This document shows, in pieces, positions 38,390-48,670 of a stretch of 64,000 bases of DNA. The stretch lies in the IMG/VR virus record IMGVR_UViG_3300048591_000147, positions 248,001 to 312,000 of that record. One strand, given 5' to 3'. Positions within the stretch are counted from its first letter, which is position 1, and each line of letters starts with the position of its first letter. Position numbers and translations under genes: made by a program. The notes under the pieces were generated by a model. That model was not told the DNA's origin and searched no databases. It saw only the letters and a program-made list of their open reading frames with translations.

Positions 38390-41300
38390 ATGGCAACAAT
38401 TACATCAAATACATTTTTAGACGATGGTGTTGCCAGAACAGCAGGTGAAGCTATGGCTATCGGTAATGGTGCAATATTTACCATTAGAACTGATTCTCGC
38501 ATCCACGCTAATGCGCCAGCTTCATTTACTGGGAGTTTAGGTAGCCCTACATTTACCGGTATTGGTGGCGAATTTGTTATAGACGCCACTAATGTGAGAT
38601 GGCTTGCCTATAATTCAGGAACCGGAGTAGTGCCCCCTATTGGCACTTCGATTGTTGGAAATACCTCTGGTGCTACTGGATATTTGTTAGGGGTATGGGC
38701 ACCAGAATCTGGGACATATCCGACTACTACATGGCCCACCGTAGTACGTGCGGTAGGTGCCGCTATGCCAACTTCTGGATTTATTAAATTACGAGAAGTT
38801 AGCGGTGGACCGTATAACGCATCAGAAACTCTGACTGGTATCGGGGCATCTACAACTGCCGCAGATGTTACTGGTTGGATTGAAGTCGCATTCGACGCGG
38901 GTACTAACTTTGTGGTTGGTCGAGTTGGTAAATTTAAGACCCGTGGTGACTGGTTTTATCTTGAAAATACACAGGACGGACAAGACATACAGGTGCCTTC
39001 ATCTATTGCCGCCGGTGCCGCTCATTCATCGTATCCATTAGGAGCATGGGTGGAAACTAGTCCGGGTACGGATGAATATGAGTTTTGGCCCTGCTTACAT
39101 TCCGGGTTAATTAATATGAGTAATTTTGGTGATCTATGGGGTGAGTTCGAAGTGGACCGAAATCCTAGAGCTAAATTTTTAACTCCTAATGGCGCAGGCA
39201 CATTTGGATTCGGAGCATCCACTTATTCAGATGCTCCAACATATACGTCAGTGGCTGCTCAAGTTGGCACATACGCTGGTATTGCTATAGCTGGCACATA
39301 TACATGGGCGGCAGACGTTGTAACGGTAAACACTGCTGCAACAGCACACCTTTTGGAGGACGGGCAGACGATAGGATTAGATTTCACGTCTGGAAGTGGG
39401 GTGGACGCAGCAACATTTGTGGTAAATGTTATAGACGCATTTAATTTTTCGTGTGCGTATGTTGGCTCTGGTACTGGTGGTAACGTAACAGTGCGTCCGG
39501 GAGTAACAATAACATTTACTGCGCACGGATTAAACCAAGGTGAAGATGTTTATTGTGATTTTACTTCTGGTACAGGAGTAGATGGTACATATCAGGTATA
39601 TTCTGTAGGTTCTGCGAACGCTTATAGCGTGTCATACCCCCACACTGCCGCCCTGACAGGCGGTAATGTATCATGTATTCATTCCATTGATATAACATAT
39701 ACATCACATGGGTTAGCACAAGGTCGTCGTATTAGCATTCGATCTCCAATTACTGGCGCAATTACTGGCGGTCACTATGTTGTTAAATCCGCACCAACAG
39801 CTAACACATTGAGAATAAACCACCCAAGTTCCACCATAATATCTGGAACTTGTAGGGTCGGAAATACACTTACCTATCAACCACCGGCAGGATGTAAGGT
39901 GAGAGTACCTAACATATTTTTACAGGAGTGTGCCACTGCTACTCGTGCAGTAAATTCACAACCCAATGGTACTGTAACATCGCGCCCCGAATTCACCACC
40001 ACAACCGCTGGTGCTATTGACATTGAATATCTGTACTCTTTTTCATTACGTTCTGTTTTTGCCCAACCATATTCCGTGCGTATTCATCATTCTTGTTTAC
40101 AAGAATCATTAGATATATCAGAATGTGCTACGGCAATTGACATTAACGATGTTGGTATAGGTCATTGGTCATCACAAGACGTTAGATCATTACAACTTAC
40201 TTCAAATTTTGCTGGTGGCACTATTAGTAATGTAGTAGCACCACGAGTATCTTTAGGAACAACTGACCATGCAACAGAAATAATTTACTGTAAAGACTTA
40301 GTTATAGAGAACTTAAACACGGGTATCACAGGTTATATCCGTTCTACTGGAATACCTCTTAATATTCAGACTTGTTCTAATCTTACTATAGATGGTGTTA
40401 AAGTATTTAATGGTAATATATCTATTGCTACTAGCAATGGTGTCTATATTTCAAATATAGATTATAATGATAGATATGCTGGTTACACTTCTATCACCAC
40501 CCCACTAAATGCTGTTGTAATAGGTGCTGGATGTAATGATATTATTATTGACGGTATGACATTTGGTTTAGGTGGCACAGTTCCAAACTGTCAACCATAT
40601 ACTGGGTTAGTTTCAATTACGGGTGCGTCTAATGTAAAAATTAGAAATTTAGGAACATCTTCTAATTATCTATCGACTGGTGAATGGGCTCCAAATTTAG
40701 TTGCTACTGGTGTTGTACACACTTCAGGGGGTAACAATTCGAATATATCTATACAAAAAGTGTTTGTAAATAAAATGAGAACCGGGTTAGTTTCCACAAT
40801 TAACTCAGATAAAAATGTATTATATGAACAGATTTTATCTAGTGATCCATGCCTTCACAGCGCTAAGGCGGCGTATATTTCGCTCGTTGCTTCTCTGGAT
40901 ACTGATATTAAGGGTATGACAACTGGTGGGTATCCAGTTACAGCCCAAGTTTCCGTATACGGAACACATTGGTATGATATGTTCTTGGGAACTGCATATG
41001 GTGCTTTGATATTGGCTATGAATGAGCCAACGACAGATACATCACCATATTACACCAATAATGCTGGTATCGTGAAATTTAATTCATCCGGTGGCGTTGA
41101 AATGCGTGCTATAGGTGCAACCAGTACTTGGGAAACTCCATATTATATACAAGGGCACACGGGATTCCAAAACGTGTCACCAGTGATGTCAGGTGGTACT
41201 ATAGGTAACTATAGATTTAAATATCAGATAGATTTAAATGACGGTAATAGTTGGTCTACATTATCAGCCCAATTAACTGCCGCACAATTAGCAACCGCGT

Positions 41301-41749
41301 TAAACGGTGAGATTGTCGATCCTGTTGATGGCTTTAAACTTCGTATCCAAATTGAAACCACTACGGGTAATGCAACAGCAATAACATTCCTAAGAATTTA
41401 TACCACAACTAGTACAGCAGCACAAAATGCTATTAACTATCCCCTTGATATTGTTCCAATTACTGTTACTGTTAAAGATGTTAACACTGGTGATCCTATA
41501 GAAAATGCTAGAGTTTTCATAGAAGCTGCTGCCGGTGGTCCAGCTACATTAGGGACTGATATATTAACCGGCTTAACGAATGCTAGTGGAATACTAACTG
41601 GTACAACAGAATATGTAGATCAACCTATATCTGGTCGTGTTAGACGTGCAAGTGTTGCGTATGGTACTCTATATAAGAGTGCAACTATAAGTTCTACAAT
41701 CGAATCAGATGGATTGAATTTGACTGTTCTTATGATACCGGACGAATGA
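38390..41749 (+). CDS. Large tail fibre/spike-like protein with HGL repeats and probable beta-helix
   Basis: Three (A/S)H(G/L)L..G repeats, an I/N/S/T-rich beta-helix-like region, and a C-terminal ITVTVKD...IENARV beta-sandwich. Confidence 0.65.
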   Translation: MATITSNTFLDDGVARTAGEAMAIGNGAIFTIRTDSRIHANAPASFTGSLGSPTFTGIGGEFVIDATNVRWLAYNSGTGVVPPIGTSIVGNTSGATGYLLGVWAPESGTYPTTTWPTVVRAVGAAMPTSGFIKLREVSGGPYNASETLTGIGASTTAADVTGWIEVAFDAGTNFVVGRVGKFKTRGDWFYLENTQDGQDIQVPSSIAAGAAHSSYPLGAWVETSPGTDEYEFWPCLHSGLINMSNFGDLWGEFEVDRNPRAKFLTPNGAGTFGFGASTYSDAPTYTSVAAQVGTYAGIAIAGTYTWAADVVTVNTAATAHLLEDGQTIGLDFTSGSGVDAATFVVNVIDAFNFSCAYVGSGTGGNVTVRPGVTITFTAHGLNQGEDVYCDFTSGTGVDGTYQVYSVGSANAYSVSYPHTAALTGGNVSCIHSIDITYTSHGLAQGRRISIRSPITGAITGGHYVVKSAPTANTLRINHPSSTIISGTCRVGNTLTYQPPAGCKVRVPNIFLQECATATRAVNSQPNGTVTSRPEFTTTTAGAIDIEYLYSFSLRSVFAQPYSVRIHHSCLQESLDISECATAIDINDVGIGHWSSQDVRSLQLTSNFAGGTISNVVAPRVSLGTTDHATEIIYCKDLVIENLNTGITGYIRSTGIPLNIQTCSNLTIDGVKVFNGNISIATSNGVYISNIDYNDRYAGYTSITTPLNAVVIGAGCNDIIIDGMTFGLGGTVPNCQPYTGLVSITGASNVKIRNLGTSSNYLSTGEWAPNLVATGVVHTSGGNNSNISIQKVFVNKMRTGLVSTINSDKNVLYEQILSSDPCLHSAKAAYISLVASLDTDIKGMTTGGYPVTAQVSVYGTHWYDMFLGTAYGALILAMNEPTTDTSPYYTNNAGIVKFNSSGGVEMRAIGATSTWETPYYIQGHTGFQNVSPVMSGGTIGNYRFKYQIDLNDGNSWSTLSAQLTAAQLATALNGEIVDPVDGFKLRIQIETTTGNATAITFLRIYTTTSTAAQNAINYPLDIVPITVTVKDVNTGDPIENARVFIEAAAGGPATLGTDILTGLTNASGILTGTTEYVDQPISGRVRRASVAYGTLYKSATISSTIESDGLNLTVLMIPDE

Positions 41750-41753
41750 CCCT

Positions 41754-42530
41754 ATGGCGATTACAATTGATTGGAACACAAAAATAATTTCGGTTCCCCA
41801 ATCGGATTTGACATTGATTTCTCCAAATATTTATGAATTGGATGTCGATTGGTTTAGATTGCAACTTAAATCTATTGAGGATAGTGAAGAGGGTATAGTA
41901 TTCCCTAGCACTCACGAGCATGTACAGGAATCTGTATTATCGGGTGTTACATATGCTAGACAGGTTAAAATTATAAATGGGTATACAGTTACATTTGAGG
42001 ATGGGCCTTATACTATCCGTTGTGTTGGTGCAAACCATAATCTTGGTGATGTTAAAAACGTGAATCAAGTATCATTGATCATCGGTAACTCTGGTGGTCT
42101 TATCGTCACTTCATCGTCTGGTGGTTCTTCTGGACCAACGGCAGCACAGATAGCAACCGAAGTTTGGGAAAGATTATTAGCATCACACACAAACCCATTA
42201 ACTATGGGTGGTATGATCAATCTACTTAATACAAGAACACAAAATATCGTTAATTACTGTGTCGGTTTGGATCTTAAAGCTGATCTGAATTTAGGCAAGA
42301 CTGATGATGTATTAGTTGACACAGCATCTTTAATCAATAGTCTACAATCGGCCATAGATTTGGTTAATGAAATCTTGAAATATAGTTCTAATAGAACTAA
42401 GATAGATCGAAATGCGAAAACACTTACCATCTATGATGATAATGGCACAACACCATTAAGGGTTTTTGACTTGAAAGATTTCAATGGTGTTGCTTCCATA
42501 TCTGAGATCGCTGAAAGAGCGCCGCGATAA
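41754..42530 (+). CDS. Virion structural protein
   Basis: MAITIDW...YELDVDWFRL...IINGYTVTFEDG; C-terminal TLTIYDDNGTTPLRVFDL. Confidence 0.6.
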   Translation: MAITIDWNTKIISVPQSDLTLISPNIYELDVDWFRLQLKSIEDSEEGIVFPSTHEHVQESVLSGVTYARQVKIINGYTVTFEDGPYTIRCVGANHNLGDVKNVNQVSLIIGNSGGLIVTSSSGGSSGPTAAQIATEVWERLLASHTNPLTMGGMINLLNTRTQNIVNYCVGLDLKADLNLGKTDDVLVDTASLINSLQSAIDLVNEILKYSSNRTKIDRNAKTLTIYDDNGTTPLRVFDLKDFNGVASISEIAERAPR

Positions 42531-42877
42531 TGGATTCATTAGGTGGCATATTAACTGGTGGACTACTCGGTAATCCCATACTAGGATATTTTAACTTAAG
42601 CCTCTTCAATATTATTGAAATTCAAGTTGAGAGAGTCATAGGACATTCGGTTGGTTACACTGATTACGTAGAAGACGAACCGGGTAAATTAACATTTAAA
42701 ATAAATATGTTTAAGAATAGTTACATTAAAACATTCACTATTTCCAATAATAAAATAAATATAATGATGAGGCTGATTAAAACTTTTAAGAAGCTTAAGA
42801 AACGAATTCTGAACGTAACGATGAACAAACAAATCAAGATTGATAACATAAAGGTCAAAATCAATGCAAAAAATTAA
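42530..42877 (+). CDS. Hypothetical protein
   Basis: 115-aa ORF in the structural operon. Confidence 0.55.
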   Translation: MDSLGGILTGGLLGNPILGYFNLSLFNIIEIQVERVIGHSVGYTDYVEDEPGKLTFKINMFKNSYIKTFTISNNKINIMMRLIKTFKKLKKRILNVTMNKQIKIDNIKVKINAKN

Positions 42878-43292
42878 CATAGAACAAGAATCGTCTTTCG
42901 AGCTTGAAATGGAAATTCACGGTGACGTGCCATCCGGTACGAAAAGTAATTTATTCTTTACGATAATCTCAGAAAAAATGCGACTATCGTTTGAAGGTGA
43001 GAAGCTTGACAACGGTGTGTATAAGATAGATATTCCAGTGTTGAAGAATATATTGGAAGCTGGTAAATATGAATTTGAGGTTAATGTATTAATCGATGGT
43101 AAATATTTCTCACCAATAACAGAATCAATAGAATTGATTGAAGAGATCAAGCCTGTCGTAAAGATGAAAGAGGCAGAGAAGACCAACGGCGGCATTTCTG
43201 TAAAAATAAATGAGACAACTAAAGTTGCGCCTGCGGTGAAAGATGTACCTAAGAAGGTCGTACTAGAGAGAGTTGGAACGGTAGAAAGATAA
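42864..43292 (+). CDS. Hypothetical protein (Ig-like beta fold likely)
   Basis: 142-aa ORF, last gene before a terminator. Confidence 0.6.
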   Translation: MQKINIEQESSFELEMEIHGDVPSGTKSNLFFTIISEKMRLSFEGEKLDNGVYKIDIPVLKNILEAGKYEFEVNVLIDGKYFSPITESIELIEEIKPVVKMKEAEKTNGGISVKINETTKVAPAVKDVPKKVVLERVGTVER

Positions 43293-43305
43293 AGTTATCC
43301 AATGT

Positions 43306-43352
43306 TTGACTCGAAACCAGTGGCTATGTTATAGTAGCCACTGGTTTTTTTA
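43306..43352 (+). promoter_or_regulatory. Terminator hairpin containing a sigma70 promoter
   Basis: 13-bp stem AAACCAGTGGCTA/TAGCCACTGGTTT plus T tract; TTGACT(43306)-18-TATAGT(43330) with extended -10 TG. Confidence 0.7.
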
Positions 43353-43363
43353 TTGGAGATTTT

Positions 43364-43894
43364 ATGCATAATTTTAAACAAAAAGTTCCCGGTCATTTTG
43401 AGAATGATCAGTATGTTTTCTTTTGGGCTGGTCCGTTTTCAAATTGGCACCCTTGTAAATATCGTTTTAATGATCTAGAGTTCAATTGTTCAGAGCAACA
43501 GTTTATTGCTCATAAAGCAATTCTGTTTGATGATAAAGCAGCGTTTAATGCAGTCATGAATTCTGACGATCCAGCGGTACAAAAACGTGCTGGTAGATTG
43601 ATTGAAAATTTTGATCAGACAGTCTGGGATCAAAATAAAGTCGAATTAATGCAACTAGCGGTATACCTAAAATTCAGTCAGAATGAAGATCTTAAGAAAA
43701 TCCTTCTGGACACTGGAGACAAAATTTTGGTAGAAGCTAGCCCATACGATAAGATATGGGGCATAGGAATGGGCGCTGATCATAAGGACATTTTGGATGA
43801 ATCAAAGTGGAATGGCGAAAACCTATTGGGTAAGGTACTGATGGAGGTTCGTGATTTGATTAGGGAAGATATCGTTCAAGATTTGGAATCGTAA
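43364..43894 (+). CDS. NADAR (YbiA) family ADP-ribosylhydrolase
   Basis: FSNW, SEQQFIAHKA, KFSQN, LVEASPYDKIWGIG, GENLLGKVLMEVR. Confidence 0.92.
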   Translation: MHNFKQKVPGHFENDQYVFFWAGPFSNWHPCKYRFNDLEFNCSEQQFIAHKAILFDDKAAFNAVMNSDDPAVQKRAGRLIENFDQTVWDQNKVELMQLAVYLKFSQNEDLKKILLDTGDKILVEASPYDKIWGIGMGADHKDILDESKWNGENLLGKVLMEVRDLIREDIVQDLES

Positions 43895-44361
43895 TGTTCG
43901 AAGATGAATGGAACAAAAGATTCTTAAGAATGGCACTGTACGTGCAGACATGGTCTAAGGACGATTCCACCAAAGTTGCGGCAATCATAGTTGACTCTAA
44001 TAAGATTGTTAGAGCAACTGGTTACAATGGCATTCCAAGGTTGTTGGATGACAACAACCGACTCAGACATGAGCGACCAGAAAAGTACAAATGGTTCAGT
44101 CATGCCGAAGAGAATTTGTTCTGCAATTGTGCTAGACTAGGTGTCTCTACAAATGATTGTACTATTTTTATAACAGCATGCCCTTGCAACACATGTACCA
44201 GAATGATCATACAGTCTGGAATTACAAACGTAGTATTTTTAGAAAATAAAGAATTTGAAACACGATGGGCTGACGCTATCAAGACGACTAAAGAGATGTT
44301 AGAAGAAGCGTCTATTCCAATCACTAAATACGAATATGAGCAATTATATGAAAATCAATGA
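43894..44361 (+). CDS. dCMP deaminase
   Basis: SKDDSTKVAA, GYNG, HAEEN, PCNTC. Confidence 0.92.
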   Translation: MFEDEWNKRFLRMALYVQTWSKDDSTKVAAIIVDSNKIVRATGYNGIPRLLDDNNRLRHERPEKYKWFSHAEENLFCNCARLGVSTNDCTIFITACPCNTCTRMIIQSGITNVVFLENKEFETRWADAIKTTKEMLEEASIPITKYEYEQLYENQ

Positions 44362-44848
44362 ATTACAAAATAAACAGCAGCCGGTCATCTATGTGTTGGT
44401 TGGCGCTCCATGCAGCGGAAAGAGCACATGGACTAAGAAATTGCTTGCAACAGACTCGTCGTTTGTAGTAATATCAACTGATGATCTATTAGACGAATAC
44501 GCAGAAGCCGAAGGCTTGACTTATGGTGAAGCTTGGAATAAATACTTCGGTAGGGCTAATTCAGCAGCGAAGCAGAAGTTTGCATCTGCTGTCACTAATA
44601 AGTCAAACATGGTTTACGATCAGACGAACATGAGTGCTAAGAAACGTAGGGGCATCTTGTCAAACGTTCCTGATCACTTCAAGGTCGCAGTTGTATTCGA
44701 TGTTGATACAAAAGAATTGTTTCGTAGAAACAAGGAACGTGCGGAAAAAACGGGGAAGAACATTCCAGAACATATCATTAAAAAGATGCTAGGGGATTAT
44801 CATCCTGTAACTAAGGAAGAGGGCTTCAATAAAATCATAAGGGTGTAG
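44348..44848 (+). CDS. Polynucleotide kinase-like P-loop kinase (AAA_33)
   Basis: LVGAPCSGKSTW, STDD, YDQTN...R. Confidence 0.8.
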   Translation: MKINELQNKQQPVIYVLVGAPCSGKSTWTKKLLATDSSFVVISTDDLLDEYAEAEGLTYGEAWNKYFGRANSAAKQKFASAVTNKSNMVYDQTNMSAKKRRGILSNVPDHFKVAVVFDVDTKELFRRNKERAEKTGKNIPEHIIKKMLGDYHPVTKEEGFNKIIRV

Positions 44849-44853
44849 GTGTC

Positions 44854-45465
44854 ATGTTACAGAAAACAAATAAAGTAAAAACAGCATTACCAAAAATTCT
44901 TGCCTTGAACAAGAACGGCGAAGCATTGAAATGGATCGATTATCAGGACTGTTGCACACATTATGCAAAGGGTAATATTTTATGGTCACTAGGTGAACAT
45001 AAAGTAAACTTGCGTGGTGGTACTAACGCAAAGACTGGTTTACCAACTGTCATGGTCATGGATACCATTATTGCTATCGATAATGGCGTGTCACCATCGA
45101 AATATCGTAAGATGAATCCGGTGTTGACAAACAAGACTCTATTTGAACGTGACAGAAACCTTTGCGCGTACTGTGGTGCCGTATTCAAGAAAGCGGATTT
45201 GACTAGAGATCACGTAATACCATCTTCAAAGGGTGGTAAGGATACATGGGAAAACTGTGTAACAGCGTGCTATCACTGTAACCAATGGAAGGCTGACAGA
45301 ACACCAGAGGAAGCAGAGATGAAGTTGTTATATGTTGCATACGTGCCATCTTTCAATGAGCATTTGATTTTGCAGAATAGAAACTTATTGGCAGATCAGA
45401 TGGAGTTCTTGCTTTCTGGTGTATCGCCACATTCAAGACTACGCACAGAGAATCTATTAAATTAG
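44854..45465 (+). CDS. HNH endonuclease (McrA-like)
   Basis: LFERDRNLCAYCG...LTRDHVIPSSKGG...WENCVTACYHCN. Confidence 0.9.
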   Translation: MLQKTNKVKTALPKILALNKNGEALKWIDYQDCCTHYAKGNILWSLGEHKVNLRGGTNAKTGLPTVMVMDTIIAIDNGVSPSKYRKMNPVLTNKTLFERDRNLCAYCGAVFKKADLTRDHVIPSSKGGKDTWENCVTACYHCNQWKADRTPEEAEMKLLYVAYVPSFNEHLILQNRNLLADQMEFLLSGVSPHSRLRTENLLN

Positions 45466-45474
45466 ATTGATTAC

Positions 45475-45508
45475 AAAAATCCGCCAGAGTAACATCTGGC
45501 GGATTTTT
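45475..45508. terminator. Rho-independent terminator
   Basis: AAAAATCCGCCAGA/TCTGGCGGATTTTT 14-bp stem. Confidence 0.85.
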
Positions 45509-45557
45509 TCGTACAGATTCAAATAGCGTCACTATATACCTAAAAAGGAAATAATTT

Positions 45558-45725
45558 ATGTCAGACAAAATTGTTTATCGGCTAATTGCTGGTAATAGAA
45601 TCATTAAAGAATCACTTAACGAAGATGAAGTCTTTCAGGCGCAGCAGCGTTTATCAGAGGCAGAAAGGTTGACATCTCGCATCATACCAATAACCGAAAG
45701 CGGTTCGCAGTTTTTACTAGGATAA
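45558..45725 (+). CDS. Small hypothetical protein (55 aa, not in ORF track)
   Basis: AAGGA RBS; MSDKIVYRLIAG...GSQFLLG. Confidence 0.65.
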   Translation: MSDKIVYRLIAGNRIIKESLNEDEVFQAQQRLSEAERLTSRIIPITESGSQFLLG

Positions 45726-45730
45726 TAATA

Positions 45731-45913
45731 ATGAGCGATGATATTTTACAAAATTTGGCACAAAAGTTTATAGAATTAAAACAGATGTTGATGGATGAAT
45801 ATGATATTGATTTACGGGATTATGACCCACAAGACTACGAAGATAATGATGATCTTATAGATGTATTAGAATCTTTGTTCTTCACCAACCAGATTTTGGA
45901 ACGACACGAATGA
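45731..45913 (+). CDS. Small acidic hypothetical protein
   Basis: 60-aa ORF, ATGA overlap with the next gene. Confidence 0.55.
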   Translation: MSDDILQNLAQKFIELKQMLMDEYDIDLRDYDPQDYEDNDDLIDVLESLFFTNQILERHE

Positions 45914-46278
45914 GATACTCGGCATTAGTACTAACACAACAAAGTAGAAACCATCTGAAATCGATATTTCCTCCGAAGTATCCTGATTTTATTGGGCACC
46001 ACGTTACTTTAAAATTCGGTGTAGATCGAAAAGAATTACCAGCACCATTACCAGACAGAGTATCTGTTGTTGGTTATGTGGACGATGGTGAAGGTCTGGA
46101 AGCATTATTAGTCGCATTAAATGGTAATACGGATAGACCAGATGGTAGCAAATACCATATCACATGGTCGTTGGATAGATCGCTAGGCAAAAAGCCAGTG
46201 GATTCTAATGCCATTATAGGCAATGCTAAAAAGACGGTTGATGTAAAGGTTGATGTGACATCTGAGATACTAGGATAA
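45910..46278 (+). CDS. 2H phosphoesterase
   Basis: Two HxT motifs: HHVTL and YHITW. Confidence 0.8.
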   Translation: MRYSALVLTQQSRNHLKSIFPPKYPDFIGHHVTLKFGVDRKELPAPLPDRVSVVGYVDDGEGLEALLVALNGNTDRPDGSKYHITWSLDRSLGKKPVDSNAIIGNAKKTVDVKVDVTSEILG

Positions 46279-46281
46279 TGT

Positions 46282-46548
46282 ATGGACTGGATAATAAAAC
46301 CCACTCTAGCATTTGAGCAGATAGAGACAATTAGAGATGATGGATCGGTTTGTTGGCAGGGTGGAGAGCATATGTGGTGGCCCGCAGCAATCAGATTCGA
46401 CACGATTGACGAGTTGGTTGAATTTTTGGCAAAAGACCAAACAGAGTTTCTAGGCTTCCAATTCGAGAATGTCCACGTTTCCAAAATAGTACATAATGAA
46501 AAAATGTATGATGTTACGTTTACATTTGATCACGCTAGAATATTATAA
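46282..46548 (+). CDS. Hypothetical protein
   Basis: 88-aa ORF in operon context. Confidence 0.55.
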   Translation: MDWIIKPTLAFEQIETIRDDGSVCWQGGEHMWWPAAIRFDTIDELVEFLAKDQTEFLGFQFENVHVSKIVHNEKMYDVTFTFDHARIL

Positions 46549-46565
46549 CAATAGGATAAATAATT

Positions 46566-46832
46566 ATGATTGATTTAGGAAAGGCTATTAAAAACACAGA
46601 ACGTAAGTTTGGATCGGCTGATACATACTTCTTCTCACCAGTAAAGTTATCTACTGGTGAATTAGTCTATGGTCTGTTCACTGAACACGAAGTTACAACA
46701 GCAATTAAACGTGCTGAAGGTAATTTAGAAGATATCTCAGCGATTCTCATAGAAGACGAAATACAGGAAAGCCGATTCGGTAGATTTACCCGCTGGCTGT
46801 CTGGTTTCTTCGGATCAACTACCAGAGAGTAA
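46566..46832 (+). CDS. Hypothetical protein
   Basis: 88-aa ORF with AGGA RBS. Confidence 0.6.
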   Translation: MIDLGKAIKNTERKFGSADTYFFSPVKLSTGELVYGLFTEHEVTTAIKRAEGNLEDISAILIEDEIQESRFGRFTRWLSGFFGSTTRE

Positions 46833-47243
46833 TCTGGCGGTTCGTCTAGCTCTATTTGGTACTTGGGTAGCCCATTTACTATTTAACGCCTCTCTTGACG
46901 CTTCCTGAAATTTACCTTCATTAAGTAATTGGATGGTTTTAGAAAATTGTCTAAAACCATTTTCACCTAGATTGAAAACCATATCAAGAATGCCCAACTG
47001 CGTATTAGCAGGAAACTTATAAAAGTTTGGGAATAACTTCACACACGATCTCGTCGCAATGTCTAAGTCTGCTTCTAACATTGCATATGCTTGGTTTCTA
47101 GTGACTATTTGCAACCCCATTTCATGCGGCAACAGTTTATGCCCAATACCAATGGTTGCGAATTGCTCTGTATCTAGATATCGGCTTAATACTAAACCTT
47201 CTTCAGCGACAAAATGGTCAACAACATGTTTTGGATATTTCAT
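46815..47243 (-). CDS. T4-type lysozyme (GH24 endolysin)
   Basis: EEG...YLDT...TIGIGH (E-x8-D-x5-T), DMVFNLG, SKWATQVPNRA. Confidence 0.92.
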   Translation of the reverse strand: MKYPKHVVDHFVAEEGLVLSRYLDTEQFATIGIGHKLLPHEMGLQIVTRNQAYAMLEADLDIATRSCVKLFPNFYKFPANTQLGILDMVFNLGENGFRQFSKTIQLLNEGKFQEASREALNSKWATQVPNRARRTARLLSGS

Positions 47244-47611
47244 TATGAGAAGTCCGGGAATATGAAAATAGGTTTTCTAACAGCGGCTGGATCTTGCTCT
47301 TCACCATCTGGTGGTAATTCACCTTCACCATCGCCTTCGATATCATCAAAATTCAAATCTTCTTCGCCGTCTAATGCAGCGTCTGGATCAAGAGTATCAA
47401 GCCCTGCTTCGTCATCAAATTCTCCAGATTCAGCATCTATAGCCTCTTCATCAGAGAATTCATCAAAACCGTCCTCATCATCCATTCCGTCTAAGTCAGC
47501 AATAGAATTAATGTCAGCTTCTGGCTCGACGTCTTCATCATCATAATAATCATTTAAATCGTCATCAATGCCCGTGTCGATATTAAAATTGAACGAAAAT
47601 TCTTTATCCAT
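47243..47611 (-). CDS. Extremely acidic protein
   Basis: 49 of 122 residues D/E by my count; ATAAATA late promoter at 47629-47635 on the minus strand. Confidence 0.75.
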   Translation of the reverse strand: MDKEFSFNFNIDTGIDDDLNDYYDDEDVEPEADINSIADLDGMDDEDGFDEFSDEEAIDAESGEFDDEAGLDTLDPDAALDGEEDLNFDDIEGDGEGELPPDGEEQDPAAVRKPIFIFPDFS

Positions 47612-47669
47612 AATTTTTCCCTTTTGTATATTTATGTTGACTTACTAGTAAAATGTGGTATTATTGCAT

Positions 47670-48599
47670 TTAATATATAATCTTGTCCCATTTTCTATTT
47701 AATATCGGTAGACTATTTTGTATCGTAAAATCCAGTAATCCGCTCAAAATCATTTTAGAACCAATTCGCATTCTAGGAAATTTAATGTGAGATAACAATA
47801 CTGTATTTTTTTTAACTACATTGAAGTAATCGTGTAAAAAATTATTAATATAGTTTAAATTTTCTTCCCATGCGCTGTGAGTCGTTATTGCTATGGAATA
47901 TCCGCTTTTAGTTTTTTGTATACATCCGTCACCATCTATAAATCCTATTATTATAGATAATATTTGTTCTTTTGTAAATTTATATTCTAAAAATTTTGGT
48001 GGGTTATAAGTTTTGTTATAATTTATCATAAATTTATTCATTATTTGTGGTACTATGTTCTCATTTGCCAAACTCACTCTGCAATAAGGTGCGTTATTCT
48101 TATACCCTGTTTTCGTAACACCACTTGTTATTTTTTGAGTTTCTATGAAATTTGCAAATTTTTCTAAATGTGCGTTATCATTAGCACTAAGTGCTAATAT
48201 TAAATAATTTCCACTGAAACACCCGTCAGCCAGTATGAAACCCATCCAATAAAATGCTTCTAAATCATCGTTTAATAACTTTTCAATTTTATTATCATAT
48301 TCAGTTTTTCTTAATCCTAAGTTACCAGCCTTCCAATGAATGCTATCATTACTTCTACATAGTTTTTTGCATAAAAAATTAATATCTTGTGAATCATAAT
48401 TGAGTTTTAAATATTCAATCTCTTCATCTTCCCATTTTTTAGATTTAAATCCTCTTAACAGACCTAATGATACTGCTTTACCTTTAACTGTGTTATAATT
48501 TATTTGCAGCATAGATGCGAGTTCTTTAGTAGTGTATTTTGAAAAATTGTCTATTAAAAAATTAATACTAGATGTAGACCAGCAGTTGGGATTGCGCAT
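47670..48599 (-). mobile_element. Free-standing LAGLIDADG homing endonuclease
   Basis: WMGFILADGCF and IIGFIDGDGCI motifs; AT-rich; AGGAG RBS; TATAAATA at 48636-48643 on the minus strand. Confidence 0.9.
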
Positions 48600-48670
48600 G
48601 TATATTCTCCTATGATATGATATAGCATATAACAGTATTTATATACCGTGCAGACTTTATTAGGAAAATT

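Noticed and set aside
46821-46840. Similarity of CCAGAGAGTAATCTGGCGG to the terminator at 45481
   Set aside because: Short, imperfect, and inside overlapping gene ends; likely chance or a weak terminator.
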